From contig CAVTER010000015.1 of NCBI GenBank assembly GCA_963733835.1, positions 196,979-260,978 of the forward strand: a stretch of 64,000 nucleotides of DNA, written 5' to 3'. The notes under the pieces were generated by a model, which was given only the letters and a program-made list of their open reading frames with translations, was not told where the DNA came from and did no database searches. How positions within the stretch are numbered: the stretch's first letter is position 1; each line of letters begins with the position of its first letter. The position numbers and the translations under genes were made by a program. Below are positions 40,564-49,972 of the stretch, piece by piece. The DNA is from an uncultured Spirochaetota bacterium (GTDB lineage: Bacteria > Spirochaetota > Spirochaetia > SZUA-6 > Fen-1364).

Positions 40564-41223
40564 ATGGAAGCGAAGACCTTGAACGTGCAGGCCCGCCAGG
40601 GCAGGAAGAAGGGGATTGCCGGCCGCCTGCGCGCGAGCGGCAAGATCCCGGCGATCATCTACGGGCACACCCAGCCCACCGCGATCACGGTGGACGCGCG
40701 CGAGTTCCGCACCGCGTTCAAGCGGATCACCGAGAACACGATCATCCAGCTGACGATGCCCGAGGGCGTGCACGAGGTCCTCGTGAAGGACTACCAGCGG
40801 GACAACCTGACCGGCGAGATCCTCCACATCGACTTCTACGAGTTCGAGAAGGGCAAGGCGCTGCGCACGCGCGTCCCCGTCCGCCTCACCGGGAACCCCG
40901 TGGGCGTGAAGGAAGGCGGAATTCTCGAGGTCCTGCTGCGCGCCCTGGAGGTGGAGTGCCTCCCGAAGGACCTTCCCGAGGAGATCGTCCTGGACATCTC
41001 CGAGCTGGCCCTCGACAGGGCCCTGCACGTGCGGGACCTGAGCCTCCCGGAAGGCGTGCGCTCCGTCGTGGCCGCCGACCAGGTGGTCTGCCTCGTCGCC
41101 CACCGCAAGGCCGAGGAGGAGGTCGCACCCGCCGCCGTCGAGGGCGAGGTTCCCGCGGAAGGCGAGGCTGGCGCCGAGGGCGAAGCTGCCGCCGAAGGCT
41201 CGACCGAGGAGAAAGAGGAGTAG
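40564..41223 (+). CDS. rplY: 50S ribosomal protein L25/general stress protein Ctc with acidic tail
   Basis: GRKKGIAGRLRASGKIPAIIYG. Intact 219 aa. Confidence 0.9.
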   Translation: MEAKTLNVQARQGRKKGIAGRLRASGKIPAIIYGHTQPTAITVDAREFRTAFKRITENTIIQLTMPEGVHEVLVKDYQRDNLTGEILHIDFYEFEKGKALRTRVPVRLTGNPVGVKEGGILEVLLRALEVECLPKDLPEEIVLDISELALDRALHVRDLSLPEGVRSVVAADQVVCLVAHRKAEEEVAPAAVEGEVPAEGEAGAEGEAAAEGSTEEKEE

Positions 41224-41235
41224 TTCCTGTCCCTC

Positions 41236-41808
41236 GTGGTGTTTGGTCTCGGCAACCCCGGCGAGAGGTATGCCGACACGCGCCACAATGCGGGGTTCAT
41301 GGCCGTGGACGCGCTGGCCGCCCAGGTCGGCGCGTCCTTCCGCAGGAAGCTCTTCCATTCCTACGTGATCGGGAAGGGTTTCCACGCCGCAAAGAGCTTC
41401 CACCTCGTCAAGCCCCTCGCGTTCATGAACAACTCCGGCCGGGTCGTACGCGAGGTCCTGCGCGAGACCGGGTGCACCGTGGCCGAGATGCTCGTCGTCT
41501 GCGACTCCCTGGACCTGTCCCCGGGCAGCTGCCGTCTGCGCCTGCGCGGATCGGCCGGGGGACAGAAGGGCCTGGCAGACATCATCCGGGTGCTCGGGAC
41601 AGATGATTTCATGCGCCTCACCATCGGCATCGGCCGACCCGCGCACCGGGGACAGGTCGTGCGGTGGGTGCTGGAGAGGCCGTCGAGTGCCGAGGAGGAT
41701 GCGTTCCGCGAAGGGGTCGGGAAAGCCGTGGACGCCATCCTGCTCCTGCTCAGCGAGGGGCCGTTGCGGGTCATGAATGAGCACAACAGGAAAGAGCCGC
41801 CGGACTGA
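41236..41808 (+). CDS. pth: Peptidyl-tRNA hydrolase
   Basis: VFGLGNPGERYADTRHNAGF. Confidence 0.9.
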   Translation: MVFGLGNPGERYADTRHNAGFMAVDALAAQVGASFRRKLFHSYVIGKGFHAAKSFHLVKPLAFMNNSGRVVREVLRETGCTVAEMLVVCDSLDLSPGSCRLRLRGSAGGQKGLADIIRVLGTDDFMRLTIGIGRPAHRGQVVRWVLERPSSAEEDAFREGVGKAVDAILLLLSEGPLRVMNEHNRKEPPD

Positions 41809-43297
41809 CGCGGGGCCCCGGAAGGACCTCCAGGGCCTCCCTGCCGCGGCAGCCGCGGCGCTGGCCGCCGTCGGGATTCCCCGCAGGGCGCTGGTGCTGG
41901 CCGCCGTTTCGGGCGGGCCTGACTCGACCGCCCTCCTGTCGATCCTCGCGGAGCTGCGCGCCGCGGGACGGCTTCGCCTGCACGCGTGCACGGTCGACCA
42001 CGGCATCCGTACGCGCGCGGAGGCGCGTGGCGACCTCGCGTTTCTCCAGCGGGTATGTGCCTCCCTCGGTGTCTCTCTCAGTGTCATGGAGATCGAGGCG
42101 GGAGCCCTTACGCGCAGGGCGAAAGACGAGGGCCGCAGCATCGAAGAGGTTGCACGCGAGGCGCGCCGGGCCCATCTCGCCCGGGCCGCGGCGGCCGTGG
42201 GCGCTGCGGCCGTCGCCCTGGGCCACACGCGGGACGACGGGCTGGAGACGGTTCTCATGGGCATCCTGCGCGGCTCCGACGCGCAGGGCCTGCGCGGCAT
42301 CCCCGCACGGCAGGGCATCTTCGTGCGGCCACTGCTCGCGTGCACGCGCGCCGACCTCCTCGGGTACCTCGCCTCGAAGGGACTCTCCTTCCGCACGGAC
42401 AGTACCAACGCTGACCGCTCGCTGCTGCGGAACCGTGTCCGCGCGGAACTGGTCCCCGTGCTCGACCGGAGCTTCCCCGGCTGGCGCAGCGGCCTGGCCA
42501 TGCTTGCCCGCAAGAGCGATCTGGCGGCGCAGGCCATCGACTCCGCGGTCTGCGCCGTGCCCTGGCGGCGGACCCCCCGGGGCTGGTCCCTAACCGTCCG
42601 CGGCTTTTTCGCCCTTCCCGTCGCCGTGAGGGCTGCATCCCTTCTGAAGCTGTTCGACGGGCTGCCGGCGGGCGGAGGCCGCGCCGGTGCCCCTGCCCGG
42701 CCCCGGCGGCTCCCCTACAGGTTCCTGCAGCCCGTGATCCTCGCCGACGGCCCGCCCGGGGGGGGCGGGGTGCTCCTGCGGGGGCACGGGGTTGTCCTGC
42801 GGACCGCGGGGAGCCGCATCTTCTGGGAAGCCGATATTGTCACCAGCGGAAAAACAAGTTATCTTATGGAAGCAAACCGCGCCGGAAGGTTCGGGGTCCG
42901 GTCGACGGGGATCGTGGTGGAGGTGTCCGCCGCGCTGTCCCCATCCCACCCCCGCGGGAGCCGTCCCGATGCGGTGATCCTCGAGCGGGAGATTGCTCGC
43001 CCCCTGGTCCTTCGGTCGAGGCGGAAGGGGGACCGCCTGCTCCTCGAGCAGGGAACGAAGACGCTGAAGGCCCTGTTCGCGGAATGGAAGGTCCCCGAGG
43101 GGGACAGGTGGAAGGTCCCCGTCCTCGCGGACCGTCGCGGAGTGCTCGCGGTGCTGGGCGGGCCGGCGGGACGAGGCGCCGCGGTGCGCGCTGCCGGAAG
43201 GTCGGGGTCTCGGGAATCGCAGCGGGCGGCCGTGGTGGCCGTCCGGGTCGTGAAGGGCAGGGCGGGCAGCGGCCCGCTGCATGGAAGGAACGAGTGA
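41777..43297 (+). CDS. tilS: tRNA(Ile)-lysidine synthetase
   Basis: PP-loop VSGGPDS, HTRDD. Intact 506 aa. The start may lie downstream of 41777. Confidence 0.85.
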   Translation: MSTTGKSRRTDAGPRKDLQGLPAAAAAALAAVGIPRRALVLAAVSGGPDSTALLSILAELRAAGRLRLHACTVDHGIRTRAEARGDLAFLQRVCASLGVSLSVMEIEAGALTRRAKDEGRSIEEVAREARRAHLARAAAAVGAAAVALGHTRDDGLETVLMGILRGSDAQGLRGIPARQGIFVRPLLACTRADLLGYLASKGLSFRTDSTNADRSLLRNRVRAELVPVLDRSFPGWRSGLAMLARKSDLAAQAIDSAVCAVPWRRTPRGWSLTVRGFFALPVAVRAASLLKLFDGLPAGGGRAGAPARPRRLPYRFLQPVILADGPPGGGGVLLRGHGVVLRTAGSRIFWEADIVTSGKTSYLMEANRAGRFGVRSTGIVVEVSAALSPSHPRGSRPDAVILEREIARPLVLRSRRKGDRLLLEQGTKTLKALFAEWKVPEGDRWKVPVLADRRGVLAVLGGPAGRGAAVRAAGRSGSRESQRAAVVAVRVVKGRAGSGPLHGRNE

Positions 43298-45168
43298 GCA
43301 ACAACTCTGAGAACAACGACGACAGGGGCGGCAGGGAGCCCAAACCCCCGCGGTTCACATTCAACAACCGCATTGCCCTCATCATGCTCATCGTCGTGTT
43401 CGGCTTCTTCGTGGTGTTCTTCCTCTCCAGCAACCGGGGCGGGTCGCAGGAGCTGCCCTATTCGCGCTTCCGGACCTATCTCGAGGAGGGGCAGGTCGAG
43501 TCGGTGACCATCGTTGACCAATCCGAGATCCAGGGCCGCCTGCGAAACCGCTCGGGGGAGTCCTCGACCTTCCGCACCACCATCCCCTACCCGGACGCCG
43601 ACCTCATGCGGGTGCTCATCGAGAAGGGAGTGAGCACGGCAGGCGGGGCGAAGGCCGTCTCGCCGCTGCGCGTCATCGTCGAGTTCCTGCCGTGGATCAT
43701 CGGCTTCGTGTTCATCTGGTTCATGTTCCGCCAGGTCCAGGGAAACGGCAACAAGGCCTTCTCCTTCGGGAAGAGCAGGGCCAAGCGCTACCTCGACACG
43801 GGCAAGAACATCACCTTCACCGACGTGGCCGGCCAGGACGAGGCCAAGTACGAGCTGCAGGAGGTCGTGGAGTTCCTCAAGAGCCCGCAGAAGTTCTCGC
43901 GCCTGGGCGCCAAGATCCCCAAGGGCGTGCTCCTTGTCGGCATGCCGGGGACCGGCAAGACGCTCCTGGCAAAGGCAATCGCCGGAGAGGCCAACGTCGC
44001 CTTCTTCCACATGTCGGGCTCCGACTTCGTCGAGATGTTCGTCGGGGTGGGGGCCAGCCGGGTGCGCGACCTGTTCGAGCAGGGACGCCGCCACGCGCCG
44101 TGCATCCTCTTCATCGACGAGCTGGACGCCGTGGGACGCACCCGCGGGGCCGGCTATGGCGGCGGACACGATGAACGAGAACAGACCCTGAACCAGATGC
44201 TCGTCGAGATGGACGGCTTCGACACGAAGGACGGGGTCATCATCCTCGCGGCCACCAACAGGCCCGACGTCCTGGATCCCGCGCTGCTGCGGCCCGGTCG
44301 CTTCGACAGGCAGGTCGTGGTCGACATGCCGGATATCCGGGAGCGCGAGCTCATCCTGCGCCTCCACGCCCGAAAGCTCCCGCTGGCCGGCGATGTCGAG
44401 CTCGACAGGCTGGCCCGCGCGACGCCGGGCTCCAGCGGTGCCGACCTCGCAAATCTCGTGAACGAAGCGGCCCTCTTCGCGGGGCGCAAGGGCAAGGACC
44501 GCGTGGAAATGGCCGACTTCGAGGAGGCGCGCGACAAGACCCTCATGGGGGTGGCGCGCAAGAGCAAGGTCATCCCGCCGAAGGAGAAGCAGATGGTGGC
44601 CTGCCACGAGGCGGGACACGGCCTGCTGCACTACTACCTCAAGAACGCGGATCCCCTGCACAAGATCACCATCATCCCGCACGGCCGCGCCCTCGGGGTG
44701 GCATTCTCGCTTCCCGAGGACGACGCGTACTCCCGCAACAAGGGCTGGCTGCAGGACAGGATCGCCATCTCGATGGGCGGCTACGCGGCGGAGAAGATCA
44801 TCTACAACGAGACCACCACCGGCGCGGCAAACGACCTGGAGCAGGCCACCGAGATCGCGCGCCGGATGGTCTGCGAGTGGGGCATGAGCGACCTCCTGGG
44901 ACCTGTCGCCTACGGCCAGAAGGAGGAGCCCATCTTCCTGGGCAAGGAGATCGCGCGGCACAAGGACTACTCGGAGGAGACCGCGCGGGCGATCGACACC
45001 GAGGTCAAGAAGATCGTCGAGGCGGGCCTGACGGACGCGCAGCGCCTGCTCACGGAGCACAAGGACAAGCTGACGCTTCTCTCGGAGACCCTCATCACAA
45101 AGGAGAACCTGGACGACGATGAGATTCGAGAGCTGCTGGGCCTTCCTCCCCGCAAGCGGGATGCCTGA
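43294..45168 (+). CDS. ftsH: ATP-dependent zinc metalloprotease FtsH
   Basis: GTGA overlap with the tilS stop. Walker [14 protein letters not shown]. Zn motif HEAGHG. Confidence 0.93.
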   Translation: MSNNSENNDDRGGREPKPPRFTFNNRIALIMLIVVFGFFVVFFLSSNRGGSQELPYSRFRTYLEEGQVESVTIVDQSEIQGRLRNRSGESSTFRTTIPYPDADLMRVLIEKGVSTAGGAKAVSPLRVIVEFLPWIIGFVFIWFMFRQVQGNGNKAFSFGKSRAKRYLDTGKNITFTDVAGQDEAKYELQEVVEFLKSPQKFSRLGAKIPKGVLLVGMPGTGKTLLAKAIAGEANVAFFHMSGSDFVEMFVGVGASRVRDLFEQGRRHAPCILFIDELDAVGRTRGAGYGGGHDEREQTLNQMLVEMDGFDTKDGVIILAATNRPDVLDPALLRPGRFDRQVVVDMPDIRERELILRLHARKLPLAGDVELDRLARATPGSSGADLANLVNEAALFAGRKGKDRVEMADFEEARDKTLMGVARKSKVIPPKEKQMVACHEAGHGLLHYYLKNADPLHKITIIPHGRALGVAFSLPEDDAYSRNKGWLQDRIAISMGGYAAEKIIYNETTTGAANDLEQATEIARRMVCEWGMSDLLGPVAYGQKEEPIFLGKEIARHKDYSEETARAIDTEVKKIVEAGLTDAQRLLTEHKDKLTLLSETLITKENLDDDEIRELLGLPPRKRDA

Positions 45169-45174
45169 CCCGGC

Positions 45175-45260
45175 TGCGGTCCGGCGCCGGAGGCGCATTT
45201 CCTTTCGGCGCCGGAGGCGCATTTGCTTTCGGCGCCAAAGGCGCATTTGCTTTCGGCGCT
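45175..45260 (+). repeat. 3.5 x 24-nt tandem repeat (TT(C/G)CTTTCGGCGCC(G/A)(G/A)AGGCGCAT), reverse-complement family member of 34641-34688
   Basis: Direct reading. The units are 45175-45198, 45199-45222 and 45223-45246, with a partial unit at 45247-45260. Confidence 0.9.
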
Positions 45261-47156
45261 CCTCCTCTCGGGCGCTCTCGTCGTGACACCACTCGCCGCC
45301 CAATCCCCCTCCACCGCGCGGTCACAGGCCGACGCGTACCTCTCCCAGGCCGAGGCGGCCGTGGGGGCTGGCAGGCATGCCAGCGCGGCGTCGCTTGTCG
45401 ATGCTGCCCTTGCCCTTGCGCCCGCGTACTCCGAGGCCCTCTTCCTGCGAGCGCGGCTGCACGCGGGCGACCAATCCCGCGGCCGCCAGGTGCGCGAGGA
45501 CCTGCGCGGCGCTGCCGCGGCGGCGGACTGGCGGCGGACCGACCCGGCGACTGCCGACCTCGCCCTTGCGGACATCCTTGTACGGACGCGCGCTTTCGCG
45601 GAGGCCGAGCCCCTGCTGCGTCGCCTGGTCCGCGAGAGACCGGAGAACGCGGACGCCCTTGCCCTGCTGGGCCGGCTGTACGCCAGGAGGTCGGAGTCGG
45701 GAGCCGCGGAGGCCCGCCGTGCCTCCGTTTCCCAGGCGCAGGCCGTCTTCTCGGACGGCGCCTCGCGCTTCCCGCGCGACGAACGGTTCCCCCTTGGACT
45801 CTCCCGGGCCCTCGCGGCTGCCGGGAATGCCGCGGCCGCGCGCGCGGCCGTTGCCGCTTCTCTCAGAGAGATGCCGGGCAGCCTCCCGCTGCGCCTGCGC
45901 GCGGCAGAGCTGGAAACGCGTCCCGAGCGAAGGCTGCGAGCCGTGGAGGAGTACCTCGCTGCGATGGGAAAGGACCCGCTGGCCCCGCTGCTCGCCCTCG
46001 AGGCGGGTGCACGGGACAGCGCCAGGTTCCTGTCGCTCTTCGTGGAGCAGGGCGGTCTCGCGTTCAGCGACCTTGCAGACCGGGCATGGCGGAAGGTGTC
46101 GGGCAGCAAGTCCCTCTCACCCGCGCTGCGCAGGGACCTGGCGGCGTTCGACGGAACCCGGTCGCTGGACGCGGACGGTGACGGTTTCTGGGAAGAGCGG
46201 TGGACGATCGCTGCCGGCAGCCCGCTCTCCTGGGAACGCGATGTCGACCAGGACGGGGTGGCGGAGCTTGCCGCGCGCTTCGAGGCCGGGCTTCCCGTCT
46301 CCCTTGCACTTGAACCCTCAGAGGGGAGCCAGACCTCATTCCGCTTCAGCCGCTACCCCTCGCTTCACGCGGTGACCGAGGCTTCCGACCGGCTCATCCG
46401 CTCCGCGCTGCTCGCGCCCTTCAGCCTCGGCCTGGCATTTCTCGAGAAGGGATCAGTACCCGTCACGGTGCCCGGCCTCATGCCGCGCGCGCTTCGCACG
46501 GTGACGACGCCTTCCCGCGCGCAGCTCGCCTCTGCGGCGTGGCGTACGGAGGAGTCGCTGCGGGACGGCGGCGCCCTCGTGCGCCGCATCGATCGCGCGA
46601 AAGGCCTGCCGGCGTTCATGGAGGAGGACCTCGACGGCGACGGGAGGATCGATCACAAGGTCTGGTACGAAAACGGAACTCCCGTGCGCGGCGCGCGGGA
46701 TTTCGCCGATGACGGGATCTTCGAGTCCGCCGAGACCTGGAAGGACGGCCGGCTCTGGAAGAGCGAGGTGGACACCGATGGGGACGGGGACGCCGACTTC
46801 ACCGAGCTTGCCGGTCCAGAACCCGTGCGCCTCTGGGATTACGACGGAGACGGGCGGGACGACGCGCGCCAGGTGCTGCGCGCCGACGGCTCGATGGTTC
46901 GCGAGTTTGCCACCTCGCGGGACGGGCGCTTCGACCTGCGCGTGGTCTTCGCGGCAGGCCGCATCGTGAGCGTCGAGCGGGACGGCAACACGGTACCGGT
47001 CCGCGTGGACAGCCGTCGCGCAGTCGTGTGGATCGGCGTGCCAGCTGCCCCCCGGCCATCAGCACCGCCGCCCCCGAGGGGTTCCAGGCCGCAGGGGGCC
47101 GCCGCTACCTCCTGTTCCGTCACGAGGGAACGACGTACGTCGAGGAGCTTGAGTGA
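45223..47156 (+). pseudogene. Secreted TPR-like / DxDxDG calcium-loop repeat protein (frameshift in C6 run 47048-47053)
   Basis: TTG 45223 lies inside the repeat. Signal-like LLSALLLSGALVVTPLAAQ. Motifs DADGDGFWEE, DLDGDGRIDH, DTDGDGDADF, DYDGDGRDD. The tail ..RYLLFRHEGTTYVEELE ends at TGA 47154-47156. Confidence 0.6.
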
Positions 47157-48931
47157 GGGTCTTCCGCTGCCTGCTCCCCGTCCTTGCCGCCCTCGCGGCT
47201 CTTTCCTGCGCGACGAGGCCGCCGGGAGGTCCCGCTGCCCCGCCCCTGGCCGAGGCACGGCTGGCCGAGCTGCGCGGCCTCATCGACTCGGGCGCGATCC
47301 TGGAGGCGTTCCAGGACGTCGCGTTGCTGCGCAGGGACAATCCCTCGCAGATCTCCGCAGCCGAGATCGACGCCCTCGAAGCGCGGGCCGCGGGGGCCTT
47401 TTCCGCCGCACGCGAGAAGGCGGCGGCGGACAGCAGGTGGGAAGAGGTGCTGCGCTACCTGGACTCTGCCCGCGCCCTCGGCAGGGCGGACCTCGCCGGC
47501 TCGTGGACCGCGAAAGCCGTGCTCGGGGCGAGGGCCACAGCCCAGGAATCCTCCGGCGAGCGGTTCCCCGCGCTGCTGACCCGCCTGCGCGCGTTGTCGG
47601 CGGGCGAGCCGACAGAGGCAGACCTTGCCTCTGCCCTCGCCTCGGCCGCCGCACTGGGCAACCGTGCCCTGGTGCGCGACCTTGCCGCGCGGATGACCGG
47701 GTTGGGCTTCAGCCCCCCGGCGTCCCCCGCCGTCCCCGCCGCTCCTTTCGCGGACATGCTGGAAGGCACGGTGACGATCTGGGTCAACAGGGGCATCCGT
47801 GTCGAGAAGGGGGTGGGGTACCCCGACAGGGTGATCGGCAGCGGTTTCTTCGTCGACCCCCGCGGGTACCTGCTCACCAATTATCACGTTGTCAAGAGCG
47901 AGGTCGACCCTGCCTACGAGGGGTTCTCGCGCCTGTTTGTCATGCTCAACCAGAGCACTGGCGAGAAGATCCCGGCGAAGGTGGTGGGCTGGGACACCGT
48001 CTTCGACCTCGCCCTGCTCAAGGCAGAGGTCCCGGCCCGCTACTCCTTCGGGGGGGCGGCCTCCCGTCGCCTCGCCCCCGGCGAGAGGGTCTTTGCGATC
48101 GGGTCGCCCGCGGGGCTGGAGAAGACTATCACCTCCGGCATCGTGTCGGCCACGGGCCGACGGTTCCTCGAGATGGGGGACGCGGTCCAGGTCGACGTGC
48201 CCCTCAACCCCGGGAACAGCGGGGGACCCCTGATCAGCGAGTCCGGTGACCTCGTCGGCATCGTGTTCGCCGGGCTGGAGCAGTTCGAGGGGCTGAACTT
48301 CGCGGTTCCCTACCTCTGGATCGAGAGCTCCCTGCCCCTGCTGTACGGCGGCGGCGAGGCGGTCCACCCCTGGATGGGGGCTGCCCTCACGGAGACGGAG
48401 AAGGGCCTGGAGGTCCTCTACGTGCTGCCCGGGGAGGCTGCCGCGCGGGCGGGCCTCGCGGCCGGCGACTTCCTGGACAGCATCAACGGGGTGCGCGTCT
48501 CCACGCTGCGCGACGCGCAGGAGGCAGTGTTGCCCTTCGCGCCCCCGACGCTCGTGCGCGTGGGGCTGCGCCGGGCAGGCGCCGCCTTCGAGGCGGTCGT
48601 CTGCCTCACCGCTCGCCCCCGGGGGCCGATCGAGGCCGCCCTCGAGAAGGACACGCGCGACGCCGTGCTCTACCCCCTTTTCGGGATGCGCCTGGAGCGG
48701 GCGGGGCGGGGCCTGCGCAGGAACGACTTCCTGGTGCGCCGGGTCATCCGCGGCTCGACGGCCGACGAGGCAGGGCTGTCCGAGAACGACCCGCTCACGA
48801 TCCAGGACTGGAAGGTGGACAGCGAGAAGGGGTACGCCGTGCTGCAGATCTACGTGAAGAAGCGGAAGGCCGGCTTCATCGAGAGCGTGGTGCAGATCGC
48901 GGCCTACCTCGAGACGCCGGACTTCCTCTAG
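47153..48931 (+). CDS. HtrA/DegP-like trypsin-fold serine protease lipoprotein with PDZ domain and ~200-aa helical N-terminal region
   Basis: GTGA overlap with the upstream stop. Lipobox LAALSC. TNYHVV, DLALLK, GNSGGPL. Confidence 0.8.
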   Translation: MRVFRCLLPVLAALAALSCATRPPGGPAAPPLAEARLAELRGLIDSGAILEAFQDVALLRRDNPSQISAAEIDALEARAAGAFSAAREKAAADSRWEEVLRYLDSARALGRADLAGSWTAKAVLGARATAQESSGERFPALLTRLRALSAGEPTEADLASALASAAALGNRALVRDLAARMTGLGFSPPASPAVPAAPFADMLEGTVTIWVNRGIRVEKGVGYPDRVIGSGFFVDPRGYLLTNYHVVKSEVDPAYEGFSRLFVMLNQSTGEKIPAKVVGWDTVFDLALLKAEVPARYSFGGAASRRLAPGERVFAIGSPAGLEKTITSGIVSATGRRFLEMGDAVQVDVPLNPGNSGGPLISESGDLVGIVFAGLEQFEGLNFAVPYLWIESSLPLLYGGGEAVHPWMGAALTETEKGLEVLYVLPGEAAARAGLAAGDFLDSINGVRVSTLRDAQEAVLPFAPPTLVRVGLRRAGAAFEAVVCLTARPRGPIEAALEKDTRDAVLYPLFGMRLERAGRGLRRNDFLVRRVIRGSTADEAGLSENDPLTIQDWKVDSEKGYAVLQIYVKKRKAGFIESVVQIAAYLETPDFL

Positions 48932-49848
48932 TGCCCGGGGCCCGCGCCCGGGGCTGCCGCCGACCGCTTCTTCACCAGGGTGACCTGGTTTCCCCTCTCG
49001 TTGTAGAGCACCTCGTCGAAGTAGATCCTGGTAAGGAGGATGCCCCTGCCGCTGAACGAGAGCAGGTTCTCCGCCTCCACCCCCGGAAGCTCCCGCCAGT
49101 CGAAGCCGCTTCCCTCGTCGGTGATCGTGACCTCGAAGCGCTCGCGGGTCAGGCGTGACTCGACAGTGACCGACCTGTCGCCTCCGCCGGCGCGAAGCCG
49201 CTCCGCGACCAGCTGCGCGAGGCTGCCATCCCTCAGCGCAGCCGCCTTCTCGGCGAAGGTGATGCCCAGGTTGCCATGCTCGATCGCGTTCTGGATCATC
49301 TCCTCGATGCCCACCTTGACCGTGAGGACATCCTCCGCGGGGAGGAGGGTGGGGAGCTGGAGGGCGATCTGGTTGATGACGGTGAAGTAGCGCCGTGTCC
49401 CGCTGGGGATCCGAAAGCTCTTGGTCTCCTCCTCCAGGAAGGGGGTGTAGAGCGCTGCCCGGGCGGCCTCGCGGCGGAACTCGGCCACGCTGCGGATCTC
49501 CTGGACGAGGTCCTGCACGTTGAACGGCTTCTTGAAGAAGTTGGTCGCCCCGCCGCGCAGCGCCTCGAGCAGCACCTCGGCGGTCCCCACGCCGGTCATG
49601 AGGATCACGGCGGCGCTCCTGTCGATGCGCTTGATCTCCTTCAGCAGCGTGAGCCCGTCCATCCCGGGCATCATGACATCGGAGACCACGGCGAGCGGCG
49701 ACTCGGCCCGGAAAAGGGCGACCGCCTCGCGGCCGTCCCGCGCCTCCAGGGCGCGAAACCCCTCGCCCTCCAGGAGCCGGGCCACCATCCGGCGGACGGG
49801 CTCCTGATCGTCCACGACGAGGACCGATTCCCTTTCCTCGATGCTCAC
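48928..49848 (-). CDS. Response-regulator receiver fused to an RsbW-like HATPase (anti-sigma serine kinase-type) domain
   Basis: VLVVDDQ..VVSDVMMPGMDG..FFKKPF (REC). C-terminus IEEMIQNAIEHGN..ITDEGSGFD..GRGILL. Confidence 0.75.
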   Translation of the reverse strand: MSIEERESVLVVDDQEPVRRMVARLLEGEGFRALEARDGREAVALFRAESPLAVVSDVMMPGMDGLTLLKEIKRIDRSAAVILMTGVGTAEVLLEALRGGATNFFKKPFNVQDLVQEIRSVAEFRREAARAALYTPFLEEETKSFRIPSGTRRYFTVINQIALQLPTLLPAEDVLTVKVGIEEMIQNAIEHGNLGITFAEKAAALRDGSLAQLVAERLRAGGGDRSVTVESRLTRERFEVTITDEGSGFDWRELPGVEAENLLSFSGRGILLTRIYFDEVLYNERGNQVTLVKKRSAAAPGAGPGH

Positions 49849-49856
49849 GGACAGCG

Positions 49857-49885
49857 AGGGTACGTCCGCGCCACCGCGCTGTCAA
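49857..49885 (-). promoter_or_regulatory. Candidate promoter TTGACA-N17-TACCCT ending 8 nt before GTG 49848
   Basis: On the minus strand, TTGACA = 49885-49880 and TACCCT = 49862-49857. There is no SD. Confidence 0.4.
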
Positions 49886-49934
49886 TACGCGGGGAGCTGC
49901 CGCGGACCGCCAGGAGGTTGCGCGGGCGCCCGCA

Positions 49935-49963
49935 TTGCAACACGACCCTCCATCCGCTATACT
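49935..49963 (+). promoter_or_regulatory. Promoter TTGCAA-N17-TATACT ending 9 nt before the lepA TTG start
   Basis: TTGCAA 49935-49940, TATACT 49958-49963, TTG 49973. Confidence 0.5.
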
Positions 49964-49972
49964 GCCGCACCA

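Noticed and set aside
39148-42537. 1129-aa antisense ORF spanning ispE to tilS. Similar giants include 47120-50656(-), 42859-45303(-), 3278-5305(-) and 16683-17873(-).
   Set aside because: They cross several well-supported genes, intergenic DNA and even tRNA-Gln. Their composition is Arg/Ala/Pro/Gly noise, and they have no SD or start context. Stop-poor shadow frames of this kind are expected in high-GC DNA.
49841-49972. Longer LepA starting at ATG 49841 (44-aa extension).
   Set aside because: The extension overlaps the divergent gene's start and both promoters. Its composition is non-protein-like (PPRCQYAGSCRGPPGGCAGAR). LepA homology begins at TTG 49973.
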